A stretch of 64,000 bases of DNA from Paraspadella gotoi. Its lineage: Eukaryota > Animalia > Chaetognatha. This document shows positions 1-14,500 of this stretch, in pieces (position 1 is the first letter of the stretch; every line of letters starts with the position of its first letter). The notes under the pieces are model-generated. The model did not search any database. It was not told the DNA's origin and saw nothing but the letters and a program-made list of their open reading frames with translations. Location of the stretch: positions 3,466,554-3,530,553 of the forward strand of contig CM119270.1 of assembly GCA_051294375.1 (NCBI GenBank), in the 5' to 3' direction. The translations under genes were made by a program, and so were the position numbers.

Positions 1-352
1 CTATTTGTGAGGCTTTTTCGTCATTTCGCATCCAGCGATGTTTTCATTCACACGTCACGTCATAATTAAGTGACGTCACGATAAAAGTTTCTGGTCATCG
101 TCTTTCTTCTTTTTTGATGAAACGTTTTTCTCGTAGTGAGATTCGCGTTCGGGTCAGAGATGTGACGTGGATCCGCGTAAACCCGACCTCTCAGCGTCAC
201 CCCGACGTCACCTCAGTCATCTTTTGCGCCGTCCGTCGTTTGTCCAAACTTTCCTCTCCTTTGACTAACGACGTTGGACATTCGGGGTCATCGCCGGCGT
301 CGTGGCGCCGCCGCGTGGTGAGTCGTTGTCTTTGACTAACGGCTTTTGGAGT

Positions 353-385
<33 letters not shown>

Positions 386-855
386 CGGCGGCGGTCATCG
401 TTGAGTCGAATAGACGTCCGGCATTTCCGAAAAATGTCACACAAAAAATCGGCGTTCAAGAGAGAGTTGGTGAAAGTTGGTGAAACCTTTTGGACGTGAA
501 GTCACAAAAGTTGGAAGATAAAAAGATAGACTAAGAAAAAAATTTTTGAAAATTCGATGCGAAAGTTAATGAGCTGATGATCTTAACTGTTGTTCAGGTA
601 AACTGATGTTCATTTAGACGAAAAATAAAAAAGAAAATAAAAAATAATCGAGTTGAATAAATTCATTTTTTTAGTCGTAAAAAAACAAAACAGAGACGAA
701 ACGCGATTGTTTTATCGTTGTTTTGTCAAAGCGCGCGGATTTTATAGCATCGATGAATATAAAATTAAATTTTTCTATTTTTCTTGGAAAAAAAAGATTT
801 TTTTTTTCTGCGTCGGAAACTGAATCATCGTGACGATGTTGATGACAGAAGAACA

Positions 856-898
<43 letters not shown>

Positions 899-966
899 AG
901 ACTACGGAATGCACGTCGCGCTAACCAACGCGGCGACCGCGCATTCACGTCTCTATCTCTCTCTAG

Positions 967-1018
<52 letters not shown>

Positions 1019-1318
1019 GCCATTTAGACCGCACGAACAAGCGCGAAAACCATTCCTTTAATTCTCTCGACGGCGCATTTTCCTTGTCGTCACTCTCTCT
1101 CACTCTTGTTCCTTCCCCCTCTCCCTCTCTATCTTTATCCATGGGTCCCCTCTCCTCAGCATCTTTCTCTATCGCGGAACGACCTGCCCTGGCGCACGCG
1201 CGACGACCCAAGCGGCAACAAGTGTGTGTAAATGCACGCAGCTCGCACGCATTGGCAAAACGAGCAATCCTGCGTGCGCGCGGAAACCGCGTCGAGGGAA
1301 GAGAAGAAGAGGAGAGAA

Positions 1319-1330
1319 TGCGCATGCGCA
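1319..1330. promoter_or_regulatory. NRF1/EWG-type palindrome in a CpG-rich, promoter-like segment
   Basis: TGCGCATGCGCA exact consensus within a CpG-rich stretch (~900-1340) bounded by CT and GA tracts. No transcript evidence. Confidence 0.3.
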
Positions 1331-1455
1331 TGATTTTATGCGGGATGAAGAGGAGGGAGGAGGAGGGGGAGGGAAGGAGGGGGGGAGAGACCGGAAGGGA
1401 GAGGAAGGCGGAAATTAAGAGAGAAGACGAAGAAGAATGAGATAGAGGAGGAGAG

Positions 1456-1493
<38 letters not shown>

Positions 1494-2701
1494 AGGAGAG
1501 GAGTGAGGAGAAGAAAAGAGAGAGGAGAAAATGATGAAGTTCGCGGTGATAAGTGCTCGTCTCGGGTTGTGAGGGCGGAGAAGGGGAGAGAGAGAGTGAG
1601 ACAGAGAGAAATGCATTTGAATGGATGGAGATAATTGAGTTTGAAAAGTGGGAAGTTGGTTGTACCGGGAAAAAAAATTAGAGCATGATGAAAAAGAAAA
1701 GAGAGAAGAGAGAAAAGAGAGAAGATAGAGAGCGAAATATGCATGAGAGCGATGAACGATAGTGATGCATCCTAGCGATGAAGATGTGCAATACACAAGA
1801 GCGATTATATAAGCGATGCAGAGAACCCATAAGATGAGAATCAATTTTGTATCAATTTAATCTCAACACCAAAACACGAGTTTACTGATCCAACGTGTGA
1901 ATTCAACGTGACAAACTCAATTTGTGATTTGTGATTTTCTTTCTCTTCTTCACTTCGGAGTTTTGACAAAACTGTCATCAGAAATGTTGATGACTGGATC
2001 TTGGTTTTAAAAATATTATAATTTAGAGAGAGAGCTAATTTTAAGTTTGTTTTGTGCTAGCTAAGTTGTTTAACTTTAAGCTCATACATATTTAATGTAC
2101 ACTCTGTACTGTATAACAATATTAATACTTTATTGGCATTTAAAAAAATGAACACAAATCAATAACCCATGACAAATTAATTTTTAGATATTTTTTTTTG
2201 TTTAGTTATTTTATTAAAATGAAAAGTAATAGATAATACATCCAATTTCACTAACTATAACTAACTATAACCTAATCAGTTGCTACCGAATTGTTTTGTC
2301 TAACGGACTCATTTCGTAATATTTTAAACTGTTTCTTTTCTAACTCTTTTCCGGCTTTGCCGACGAACTTCTCGGCAAATAACTTCGTCCGGCCTCCGGC
2401 GCCTCCGCCCGATAAATCCCAACCCGCTCGACCGGAATTGTCTCCTTCATTCTTCTTATTAGCGTCGGCTAATTCTCGATCATCGAGACCGACAATTGTG
2501 GTTCATTCAGACCGACAAGTTTGCTCACTTGGCCTCCGGAATGACCCGCTTGCCAAATATGGAGGGACTCTCTCTCTCTCTCTCTCTACGATTTCGTGTC
2601 AAGCGGAACGAACTTCAGTTCGGGATAATTTTTCCAGAGAGAGATTCTCCATTTCGAAAACACCACCCTTTTGTCAGTTGAGACTGAATAAATCTCTCTC
2701 G

Positions 2702-2732
<31 letters not shown>

Positions 2733-4454
2733 TCTCGTCTCGTCTTCTCTTCCGTCTCCATGTCTTCTCTCTGCTCTCTCATTCACATCTCGTCTCTCTC
2801 TCTCATAATACCGCAGGTCAACGTGCTAATCCCCCGGTCACGTGATCAGACTCATCGCGAGTCGACCTTCAAGGTGAAAACCGGCTCGCTACGCGCCGTC
2901 CGACCCGCCTTTCAAGGCCCAGAGCGTACGCCACGTAGTGGTGGCCGCAGTGGGTTGTACGGATCCTGATTCACGCCGTGTGCTTTTCAACTAGTACAAC
3001 CACAGTATGATAAAAATCTTTAAAACTATCATTTGATCAGTTATTTCCGCAAAAGACCTTCCAAATTCAATGCAATTGCAACACATAAAATGCAATATAT
3101 TGCAATGCAATGCAATCCAATGCAATGCAACTCGATGCAATGCAATGCATCAAGAGACGCAGGCTTTGCAAGCGCACCACCAACGTGTTTCATACCGCAG
3201 TATAAAAACACCTTCGTCGACCGTTTTTCAGGCAGAGAGAATTAACAACGCAAAAGTATCGCCCGACTCGATAAAGCGGACAAAACGCTATCTAAATTGG
3301 GCGCAATGAACGCGGTTGCGCGAGATTGGAAGGGGAGGCCAATGAAGGGGCATCGGGGCATGAATGGCCGAAGCGCGAGGCAGAAATGGGGGACACGATG
3401 CCCCGTCAGGCATGTACATGTTTCGCATGGTGACTTAATCGATTCGGCAAACGATCGGAATAGGGCCCTTCTTTGGCGATGTTAAGTCGCCTCATTTATT
3501 CTCGTCAACTATTATATTCTTTTTTTTTTTCGTGGGGGTGAGAGAGAAGGCGGTTAGTGAAGAAATTCAACGAGGACGAACAAGGAGCGAACATTAACGC
3601 CTATAATGAAATAAAAACATAAAGATAACATTTTTAAGACCGAATTTCTTTAAAATGAAGCGAATTTCAAACGTATGCAGAATTTCTGTCTCGGAAGAGA
3701 GAGAAAAAAATGTCTAAGCAGAAAACGCCGATAATAAATTGGCCGCAGCCGATTGAATCAAGTTCTCTCTCTCTCCTCTATATCGCTTTGGCCGTTCAAG
3801 CCATCTCCCCCCCCCAGCGTTTGGTCAAGTCTGGCTAATGCGTCCACATTAATAAACAGGATTTTGCGAGAAGATCGAGGTTGTATTCTGTTGTTCTGTG
3901 TCGCCTGAAGGCGGAAATGGGGAGAAGGTGGAGGAGAGGGGGAAAAGAGGGTGGGAGTAGGGAGCAGGGGGGAAGAAGGGGAGGGAGAGGGGTAGAAGGG
4001 TGGGAGGGCAGAGAGACGAAGGAAGAGGGGGGTGAGGGAGAGAGGATAAGGGGAAGGGAGAGGGAAGGGGGAGGGAAAGGGGAGAGGGGAGGGAGAGAGA
4101 GAGAGAGGAAGAGGGGGGATGGGCAGAAGGGGGAAGGGAAAGCGGGAGAAGAGGGAGGTTGGCACAAGTTAATTAGACTAGTGAGGGGGGGACATAATCA
4201 ACGGCGTGGGTTGACACAGGAAAGGGTGGGAAGACAAAGTACGTAACAAACCATTTTTTTGTTTTCATCGTAGTTGTTCGCTGAATTTATAAAGAGAAAG
4301 AAAGAAAAGGCAAGGAGATAATAAAAGAAACATTTTTTTTTTTCTTTCTTACTGCAATCTAATCTTTTTTTATTTCGTTTTCATAGCAACTCAATGTTTG
4401 CGATTTAAGCTTATCGGGCGTTAACTGGATATATTGAGAGAGAGAGGTGTAGAG

Positions 4455-4502
<48 letters not shown>

Positions 4503-5781
4503 TAGAGAGAGAGAGGAGAGAGAGAGCGACGACGAGAGCAGAGAGTGTGTGTATATTTTTTTCTCGTTCGTTTTCTCTCAGGTTTTCTCTCAACGAAGAA
4601 AGTTTATTATTTTTTTTATAAAACGCTTCGATTAACAATTCTAAAAAACTTTTTTTTTTTTTAAATCGAACTCCAAGTTTCCTAAATGGGATATTATTAG
4701 GTAGATTTAATGTAATGTATCTAAGTTAGAGATTGTCATCTCTGGTTTACGTATAGGTAGCGATAGTAAATAAAAAATTAATATTGTAGAAGAGGAGAAC
4801 AGAAATTTCCAGTCGGCTAATAAACTATCATACATAGAGAGAGTCGAGTAAAGTATAAACGGAATACCGCCTACAGCAAAAACCGACAAAAAAAGGTTTA
4901 CCAGTTCTGGTTGAACTTTGACATCGAAATTCGAAGTAGAAGTTTAAAACTCCGACGGAATCGAGGAAGAGGAAGAGAAGGATGAGGTGAGGAAGGGCGC
5001 GGGGTGGGTGGGGAATATGGCGACGGAGGGGGGCGATTGGTGGGGGGGCTTGAAGTGGAAGTGGAGGGAAATACGATCGGCGTTACGGCGGTTGAGAGAA
5101 ACGAATCAGCAATGGCGGAGCAAAAGAAATGTGCAGAGAGGAGAAACTTGAATTTTTTTGATTAAAGGACAAAAGGGCAACGAAGGGACGACCGACGAAC
5201 GACGACGACGACGACGGCCGACAACGACAGACGGACGACGACGACGAGACGACGACGACGAACGACCGAAATTCGGAAAGTCTTTGTCGTCGTCGTTCGT
5301 CTCGCGGGCGAATGTCTTTCGTTCACACGAGTATTTGAAGTTGGTGTTGTTTAAACTACAATGTGGTAGATTGTAAAGACTACTTTCCCTGTATTTCCAG
5401 AAAGAACAACCCGAAACATCTCTCTCCAAATTCTAATATTCTACATATTCTAATTTCTAATTATTCTAGTTATCGCCCCGGCACCTTTCATTTGTTATTA
5501 CAGTGTAGCAATTTATCGAATAAGACTAGGTTTTAAGCTTAGATATTCAAGAATAAATCTAACATTTTACAAATATTAAAAATATAAACCATAAAGGCAA
5601 TACAACTCTTCAAAGAAAAACATGTAATCCAACGAGTCGATTTCATCGCCTTTTCGCGGCAAAGTTTGAAAGGGAATGACTTCATAGAAGCGAAAAAAAT
5701 AATCTGAATCAAGACTGAAATTTGTTAGACAACGGCTGAGATGACGAAAGTAAATATACAGGAGAGAGAGAGAGACGAGAG

Positions 5782-5854
<73 letters not shown>

Positions 5855-5938
5855 TAGAGAGAGAGAGATAGAGAGAGGAGAGAGAGAGAGAGGGAGCAGA
5901 GAGAGAGAGAGAGAGAAATGAGAGAGAGAGAGAGCGAG

Positions 5939-5978
<40 letters not shown>

Positions 5979-7744
5979 TAGAGAAAGTGAGAGAGAGCAG
6001 ACAGAAGACAAATATTTCGCTAGAAATTCTTCCTCAAAAAATCGTACGCAAGTAATATTTAATTAAATTCAATAAAAAAATATTGTATGTATTAAAATCT
6101 GTTGAAGAGTATGAATTGGAAGGTTGGGAGGGTAAGTGAAATGGGTGAGTTAACATGTTGAGGGGAAGAAGTTGAGTACAGAAAAAGCGAGTAGGACAAA
6201 AGAGGAGGGAAAGGACAATTGTTTGACCTGGGTGAGGACTTGGCCTGAAATAATAAAGTAAGAAGAGACTCAAGCAGAAACGAGGGAATCAGGTATCCGA
6301 ACGAATATAACGACGAGCTGACGGACGACGACGACGACGACGACGAAAAACAACACAGAACAAAAGTAACAAAATAACGAGTCAAAGATCGATGAGAAAA
6401 TCCGAACGAATGTGGATTCAGACGATCGAAATTCCTAGTCACAACGTGAATCGCGTTGATCCCCGGTGAAACAGGAGAGAAGAAGAGAGAGAAGAGAGAG
6501 GGAGGGGGAGAGGGAGAAGAGAGAGAGGGAAAAGGAGAGGAGAGAGGGGTTGGGGTGTGGATCGACGTGTTTGAGTTCACGGACAAAAGAAAAGTGATGA
6601 AGCAACGAAACTTCGGTTCAAGGTGTCCGAATGCACAAATTTGGATTATTTTCGAGATTTCATTTTAGTTCTTTAACAGGATTTAACGTCTAACTTTGAT
6701 AGGTCCGGGATCACTCAATTCCAAAATTATAATTAAGCCTAAAACCGAGCTCGGATTCGAAAGGAGAGCTCTGCGTTCGAAATATATTCACTTTACTATT
6801 TTTTCAAAGGCTCATTGTTATTTTTTTCAATTTTTTTTGTACTATATAAAATAAAAGAAACCTATTGAAGAGTTTGCAGCCAAACGTAAGGCTGTTTCTC
6901 GTATACCGCTCGAGAGCGACATGGCAAACTCCGTCTATGAAAGATATTTCAAAATTTTGCCTTGCCTCTCATATCAAAGATTTGATTATGTATTTAAGTT
7001 TTGGGGATTAACGTTCCTTGATATCCTATTGAAACGTTTTTTGAAAAAACGCGCTCTAGAACTACACACACACCATTTCTTTTCTTGCCCAAGACTATCT
7101 TTTTTGCGTTCAAAAAGAGTCGCAAGCGGGTATTAGCTGCAATACCTTGTCCGATGTTTAAACTGCATTCGTCACGATCGAAAGGTTAAATTCTGTACTA
7201 TTAAAACTCATTAAACCATTTTAACATAAAAGTAAAAAAGTCCAAAATTGATAATTCGATAAGATTTTTTAACTCATAAACTCATAAAAGTATGGAAAAA
7301 CGTGCTGGAAAATGTGTAGAGTAGTTTGGTATTTAGACTTATTAGTGATCACTACTCCGAAAGTATGTACTTTTGATAGCCAAAGGAAGATATTAAATAT
7401 AGGAGAAGTAGAAATTGGAGCTTACTCCGTAAAGAATCAGTTTTAAGTTAAATATTTTGTTGTACGAAAATTTTAGGACTTACAATAAACAAAGTATTGA
7501 GCAAACAATGTCGATCTGCCTAGCGATTAATTAATTAAGTTGAATCGTTGATTAATTGAAAGTGGTGAAGAGTTGAATTAATTTAATTGATTCAATATAC
7601 AGTGAAATGAGATGTGGGTGAATGATTTATAATTCAGGCACGCAGGGACGTGTCCTTGAAATAGTGGGGAGTCACAGGACGAGTGCGTATTGAAATGTTT
7701 TTGTGGGCTTACATTTTATAAAACAACAAATATACTCTACATTG

Positions 7745-9245
7745 GGTATCGAGCCAGGCAGGGCAAGCCCGTCCTTGTGTCGTAGATTAGTGTTGTTTCG
7801 GTTTAGCTTTCGTGTCTGCGCACTTTTTTTGCGCATCCATCGGCTTTCTGAAAGTGTGATATCGATAGGGAGTTAAATTTTCATATATAGAGCTCTAATT
7901 CATCAAGAATCTTTAAAATTCTCATGTCTCATGATCAATATTGGTATTTGTTTTATGTGTTTTAAGTTTCAAAACAACGTTTTAATCTAGTATGTTCGCC
8001 TCGCTCGCCGTTCCTCTCTCTCTTTTTCTCCGTCACTGGCGCGTTGCTTTTTAAAACCGAGTTCTTCGGCTTTGACAGGCGTTGTCCAGCTTCTTTCTCT
8101 CCTCGTCATCTCTCCTCTCTCTCCTCTCTCTTCTTTTTTAATAAAAAATTTTTTAGATATAAATGTGGGTTTCACTAACTGTTAAAAAACGATGCCGGCG
8201 AACAGGGGCGCGAAACCCGGGTTCCTTGGGTAAGAGAAATAGTCACGCTACTGGCGGCGCCTACAGTAATGGCTGATTCTTTAACGAGTAAAGGGCTGTA
8301 GAGGCTTCTCTCTCTCTCTCTCTCCTCTCTGTTCATTATTAGTATATCGCTCTTTCTCTTTTCTTCCTTTTTCTCCTGCGCGAGCGGCTGTCTCTCTCTC
8401 TCTCTCGTTTTTCCCTCTCTCTCCTCTCTGATCTCTCTGTGTGTGTCCTGTCCTAAATCGGTGTCCTTGATCTTTTGCGTGATCGTTTGTTTTTTTGAAA
8501 AATTCTGATGTATTTTTTTCCTTCTAAAACTTTTATTAGTTGCCATTTATCCGACGCTTTTTTTCAATACAAAATCCCATATTTTCATCCGAAATTTTCG
8601 GTGGATTTATTCTCTTTTTCTCTCCGCTCTCCTCTCTCTGCTTTCTCTCATCTCTCACCGTTTCTTTCTCTCGTTCTCATATCTTCATCTCTCTCTCTCT
8701 CTCTCTCTCTCCTCTGTCTCTCTCTCTCTTCAGCACTCATACCACCGCATTTGTTTGTTTTATTCGACTACTCATGCCGCATCCAATGATGCAATCATAC
8801 GCATCAATGATGCACACATGCGCGCATCACTGAATGACTTCATGCCAGCAGTGAATGACTATCTCGCATCATAATTGATTATCATCCGAGATTCAATAAT
8901 TCACAATTCCTATTACATCAATAAATTACTATTACAATCAATCAATTGAGTAATTACCTCATCAATTTACTAGTACAGTCAACAATCTCGTTAAATGAAT
9001 TCATTCGTTTTTTTTTTTTCCGTCCCCTCGGTTTTTTTCATTAATTTTCTATGATAAGTGGGCTCTGGCTTCGATCTTGAGGTCTTTTAAGATTTTTTTA
9101 TTTTATGTCCTCCTTCTCTCTCTCTCTCCTCTCACTCTCTCTCTTTCTCTCTCTCTCACTCTCAGTCTTTTTCATCTCTCTTCGGCTCTCTCTCAGCCGG
9201 TCTTTTATGCAATAGCGACGATCCTTATGCTTTTAAGATATTTTT
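7745..9245 (+). mobile_element. Degenerate or noisy relative of the 38888-39435 element
   Basis: Shares TATCGAGCCAGG (7747), AAATCCCA..CATCCGA..GTGGATTTATTCTC (8570-8615), GCATTTGTTTGTTTTATT and the terminal CGATCCTTATGCTTTTAAGAT (9219-9239). Confidence 0.55.
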
Positions 9246-9559
9246 TAACCTTGCATAATTTTTTTTGCAACTTGCATAATTTTTTTCACTTGGCATTCCG
9301 TTAAAAACTTTATATCTAGCTTTTCACTCACTTTCCTACCGGCTCACAAATTTTTCCATTCTCAATCTATCAGGGTTAAAATAAATAAAAAGATCAACGT
9401 AAATGTGACTCATATTTATTTTCGTCAAGTTTTAAAACCTCATTTCCCTGGTACGTTTTTCCACTGAACACTTTATATCAAGCCTTCGTCATAGCGTTTT
9501 CTACCCACAACAAAATTTAAAAACTCCAATCTATCCATCAATTATGGATTAATTGGAGT

Positions 9560-10524
9560 ATTTATTGCGTTAAAATTAAAGTAAAAAGGATTTTTAAGTA
9601 AATTCGACCTTATATTTTTTCCATTTAAACTAATTTCCACTCAACCACAAATGGTTAGCTACCTGACAAGTAATCTGGCGATTCATCCGAAAATTGATTA
9701 TTATCCAGTTTATCACAACACCTTTCCTAAACCTCCGCACACAACAAGAACTTTAAATTCCAATTCCAGCTCAGCCACATACACGAGTTATTTGGAGCTT
9801 TTTGCTAAGAATGGGTACGGATGGACGGATTGAATTGCTAATTAATGTATTATTGGATTATTTATTTACTCAATTGATTAAAATTAACTGATTATTATTT
9901 GATTTATTATCAGCAGTCCTTATGCAGTTACATTTAATATAAAAAGGAAAGAAGATAATCAATTAGTAAAAAGCAGGTTTTTTGTTTTTTCCATTTAAAC
10001 TCATTTCCACTCAAACTATCTACCATCGAAACTTGATTTCCTGTTCAAATCACAACACCTTTCCTACCCATATCAAAATTCCAGGTGAAATCAGCGCCTC
10101 GCACTCATGAGCAATTGGTGTTCAAAATAGTGAATATATTTTTTTTGTTTTTTCCATTTAAACTCATTTCAACTCGGGGTACGATTCCATCGAAACTTAA
10201 TATCGAGCTCGCAATCAGCAGAGTACACTTACGCTATCCCACAAATTTCATTTAAATCATCCATCCCAATCACGAGTAATTGGGTGTTTTTTGCTAAGGT
10301 GGGACTGGACGGACGGACGGACGGACGGACGGACCGGAACAAGACGGACGGACGGACATCAATTTTTTTGCATAATTTATCATAATCGATGTTACTGACT
10401 ATGATATATAGTGTGTGCCCAGGACATATTAGGGGCGGACACGACGGACCGAAAAATGTGACGGTTATAAAAGTGAGATTTATAGAGTGGGATCGTGCTG
10501 TATCCAAGCAGATCCGACTAAAAA
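9560..10524 (-). mobile_element. Second HINE/DINE-1-like element with (GTCC)n microsatellite and ~160-bp internal repeats
   Basis: Minus-strand start TTTTTAGTCGGATCTGCT..AGCACGATCC (hairpin) followed by CTCTATAA and (GTCC)n at 10307-10357. Degenerate internal repeats begin CCATTTAAAC at 9621, 9991 and 10154. The left boundary is uncertain. Confidence 0.55.
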
Positions 10525-10910
10525 TTATTTTGTCTCTTGAAAATCTAGTTTACCGAGAGAAAAAATTTTGCTTTAATTTTTAATGAACATTTTAGGTAGA
10601 TTTTTAACAGTTTTCGGAATAATTTTTTATAGAAACCTCTTACAGGATATGAGAAAATGATTAAGATACAGTAAATTAAGATTTCTAACAATTTTAGGTG
10701 AGTATCCCAGGCCTTAAGGAACAACGTGAAACTCAAATTAAACTTAATAAAAAATACGAAGGAAAATGCCGCTCGTTAAGCAAACAGAGGAACCGGTCAT
10801 GGGGGGTATGAAGTGGGAAGCTGGGAAAAGTGGAGGAGGAGGGGGAGGGAGAGAGAGAGGTGAGAGGGAAGGGTTAGAGAGAGAGCAGGAGAGAGAGAGA
10901 CTGAGAGAGG

Positions 10911-10949
<39 letters not shown>

Positions 10950-11537
10950 GAGGAGAGAGAGAGGAAGGTCGCTTCTAAAAGAGAAAAGGGAAGGATTGGA
11001 GGATGGATTGAGATATAAGGTGAGTCTGACCTCACCCTCGCGGGACGGAGGTCTCACTTTCGATGATCGAGTGAGGGCGAGAGAAAAGGAACATCCTACC
11101 TCGACAGAACGAGTCGGAGAAGGGTGAGTAGAATATGAAGAGAGTGCCGGAGGGTAAGTGAAGGAGGATGGATTCCTCGGTGTCACAGTGATAAGAGAGG
11201 AACTCAATCCTCTCAAAGATGAAAGACCGATCGAAAGGTAGTGTTAGAAATCACCAAGAGGAGACGGGAACCAAGCCGTAATCAACCGACGGGTAGCGTC
11301 TGGAGCGGACGGCGGCGGCGCGAAACTACTTTGTAAATTGGAAAGGAAAGTTAATGGGCGAAGGAAAACTTACCCTTTTTCGGTAAGGGGGATATATACC
11401 AACGTTCTTCGACAGGACGAGTCCGAGTATATGGGAACCCGGAAAAGCGAAGCCGGAAATCAACGAGGAACGAAGTTATCCAGTTTGTTTGGCGGTCGAT
11501 TTTCGTCGCTTCNNNNNNNNNNNNNNNNNNNNNNNNN

Positions 11538-14500
11538 TTAAAATCGAAACTCCAAAGTTTCTAAATGGGATTATTAATCAGGTAATTTTATTACTTATCT
11601 AAGTTAGAGATGTCATCTTGGTTACCATGGTAGCGATAGTAACATAAAATTAATATTGTAAAGAGGAGAACAGAAATTTCCAGTCGCTATACTACATATA
11701 TAGAGAGAGTCGAGTAAAGTATAACGGAATACCGCCTACGGCAAAAAAAAAGGTTTACCAGTTCTGTGAACTTTGACATCGAAATTCGAAGAGAAAAGTT
11801 TAAAACTCCCGACGGAATTCGGAGGAAGAGGAAGAGGANNNNNNNNNNNNNNNNNNNNNNNNNNNNNNNNNNNNNNNNNNNNNNNNNNNNNNNNNNNNNN
11901 NNNNNNNNNNNNNNNNNNNNNNNNNNNNNNNNNNNNNNNNNNNNNNNNNNNNNNNNNNNNNNNNNNNNNNNNNNNNNNNNNNNNNNNNNNNNNNNNNNNN
12001 NNNNNNNNNNNNNNNNNNNNNNNNNNNNNNNNNNNNNNNNNNNNNNNNNNNNNNNNNNNNNNNNNNNNNNNNNNNNNNNNNNNNNNNNNNNNNNNNNNNN
12101 NNNNNNNNNNNNNNNNNNNNNNNNNNNNNNNNNNNNNNNNNNNNNNNNNNNNNNNNNNNNNNNNNNNNNNNNNNNNNNNNNNNNNNNNNNNNNNNNNNNN
12201 NNNNNNNNNNNNNNNNNNNNNNNNNNNNNNNNNNNNNNNNNNNNNNNNNNNNNNNNNNNNNNNNNNNNNNNNNNNNNNNNNNNNNNNNNNNNNNNNNNNN
12301 NNNNNNNNNNNNNNNNNNNNNNNNNNNNNNNNNNNNNNTTTACAAGAATAAATCTAACATTTTACAAATATAAAATATAAACATAAACATAAACTCTTCA
12401 AAGAAAAACATTAATCAACGAGTCGAATTTCATCGCCTTTTCGCGGCAAAGTTTGAAGGGATGACTCATAAAGCGAAAAAACTAATCTGAATCAAGACTG
12501 AAATTTGTTAGACAACGGTGAGATGACGAAGTAAATATAAGGAGAGAGAGAGAGTCCTGATCATAAGAGGACCAGCGACACCTCACGGCCATACCCCCCA
12601 CGACCCGCATACCTCTGACCTCCCTCCCAGGTATTCGACCAATTCGATAGACCGGCCCGCCATGGTCCCGCCTGAACACTTCGACGCACTAACTTCGTCA
12701 CACCAGCGCTCACAGCTTTATCCTATGATCCGTGTCCATACGAATACCATCGACGCTCCAGTACCAAAAGGCACAGGCCCTACCGTTACTACAGTTCCAA
12801 TCAATACGCAAACTCAGCCCATTGGATAACGACTAGTCATTCGGGCACATGATCATGCTGATAGCACACAGAAATCGTCAGCTCGTGACGCAGCGTGTGG
12901 AAAGACCAGAGAAGTTTTACGTACAGATATAACAAACCATTTTCTTTTTTTTCCATGGTTCTTTTTCCATCGTAGATTGCTGCATTGTCGCTATGACAAT
13001 TTACTCTTGTATTATATCGAAATCAGAGACTAGGAATCGCAAAGGGAGCAAGCAAGGCCACCGTGCGAAGATTACAAGAATCTTTAAATTACACAGTAAA
13101 CATTTTTTTTTGCTTCTTTCTTTTACATACTGATTCCCCTGCAATGTGATTCTATCTTTATTCTACTCGATTTTATCATAGGCACTCAACACCTGTTTTG
13201 GCGAAAGAACTCTCTATCTGGCGTATAACACACGAGAATGATTTGGAAAGGAGAGACGGAGCGACGGTGCACTCGACCACCGATGAGATGAAAGGCGGGA
13301 AGACGTGACTGAGATACCTCGAGAGACTCGACGGCGGATGACGGAGCCGATCCCGACTGAGAGGCGATGGTCGGACGCCCCACACATAATCGGCGCTCGC
13401 AATGTGGCTACCGAGAACTGGAGGCTGACGGTATGACAGCGATCGGTTGGCTGAGGGTATCTTATAGATGACGAGAGACGACTAGGATGTATCAAGAGTG
13501 ACTTCACACTCGTGACCTGGTCCTATTCATCGATACTAGAGCGAGCGCAGACTACAGACGACGGCAGGATCCTAGGACACCCCACAGGAACGCCGTCCCA
13601 AGTAGAGCTCTGATCCCGTATCCTTACTTCCTATTATGACCGACCGTCTCCCCCTTCCGGCCTAATATTTTTCCTCCCCTCATCTGCGCGTCCCGCCTCT
13701 CTTTCCTGATGGTTATCTCTCATCTCCTCTGCACCGCGCGGCCTTTCTCTTTTTCTCCCCCCCATTCAACGCTTCCCCATGCAGAATCCATGACTTCATT
13801 ATTCTGTTCTTTTATCATAAACCTCTTAGAAGCACGTCGCACCCAGGACCTGACTTATTAACACAATTGTCTTAGAAAAAAATTTTTTTTTTTGCTATTT
13901 TTTTTAATGCCGAAAACTCCCAAGTTTTACTACAATGCCGTCCTTCTAGCGGACACTGGATTCATGGGTTAATTCAACCCCAAGCAAAAAAAAAAAAAAT
14001 TCCATTACATTAATCTACGGGTCAGATTTTTTTTATCTTTTCTATTATATCTAATCAAGGTCGATAGACCTGATGTCATCAACTTTTGCTCTTCCCCTGT
14101 CCTAGGCCTCTGATGCGCACTTGGAGCTAACATAAATAATTCAATAATATTTGTAAAGAAGATAGCCCGAACAGAACATGTTCCCTCATCTACAGACTCG
14201 TCAAGTATCGGTACTTCAATCCTCAGTCAGTCCTTCTCGCCAATATACTAACACATACCAATAAGAGAGCTACGTCTCGAGTAGTTAAGAGTCCGCTGCT
14301 GATTCCAGTAAGTAATAAAGTATAACGGAATACCGACCTAACAATGCAAAAACCGACAAAAAAAAACGGTTTACCAGTTCCTTGTTGGTAACCGAACTAT
14401 GCTTTGACATTCCCGACAAAATGTCGAATAAGAGAAAAGTTTTTTTCTAAAAACTACCCGAACCGGACATTCGGAGGAAGCAGGCCGGGGAAAGCTAAGC

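Larger units (their letters stand above)
6702..10713. mobile_element. Possible TTAA-flanked TIR element (Kolobok-like) containing nested insertions
   Basis: Left end GGTCCGGGATCACTCA (preceded by TTAA in the duplicate at 16524-16527). Right end TGAGTATCCCAGGCC followed by TTAA (10714-10717). The inverted match is imperfect and no transposase is seen. Confidence 0.35.

Noticed and set aside
775-1844. Long ORFs rich in R, ER or SL runs (also 3758-4246, 5709-6011, 50397-50943 and 51997-52450)
   Set aside because: Products of (GA)n and (GAC)n microsatellites and purine tracts, which lack stops by composition.
2272-2845. 184-aa plus-strand ORF and a 76-codon K/E-rich minus-strand frame (2502-2272)
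   Set aside because: No ATG, no convincing splice acceptor and no recognisable domain. It may be an exon but is unsupported.
2965-2995. Helitron-like 3' end (CACGCCGTG ... CTAGT)
   Set aside because: The hairpin is only 3-4 bp, and no 5' TC end or second copy is identifiable.
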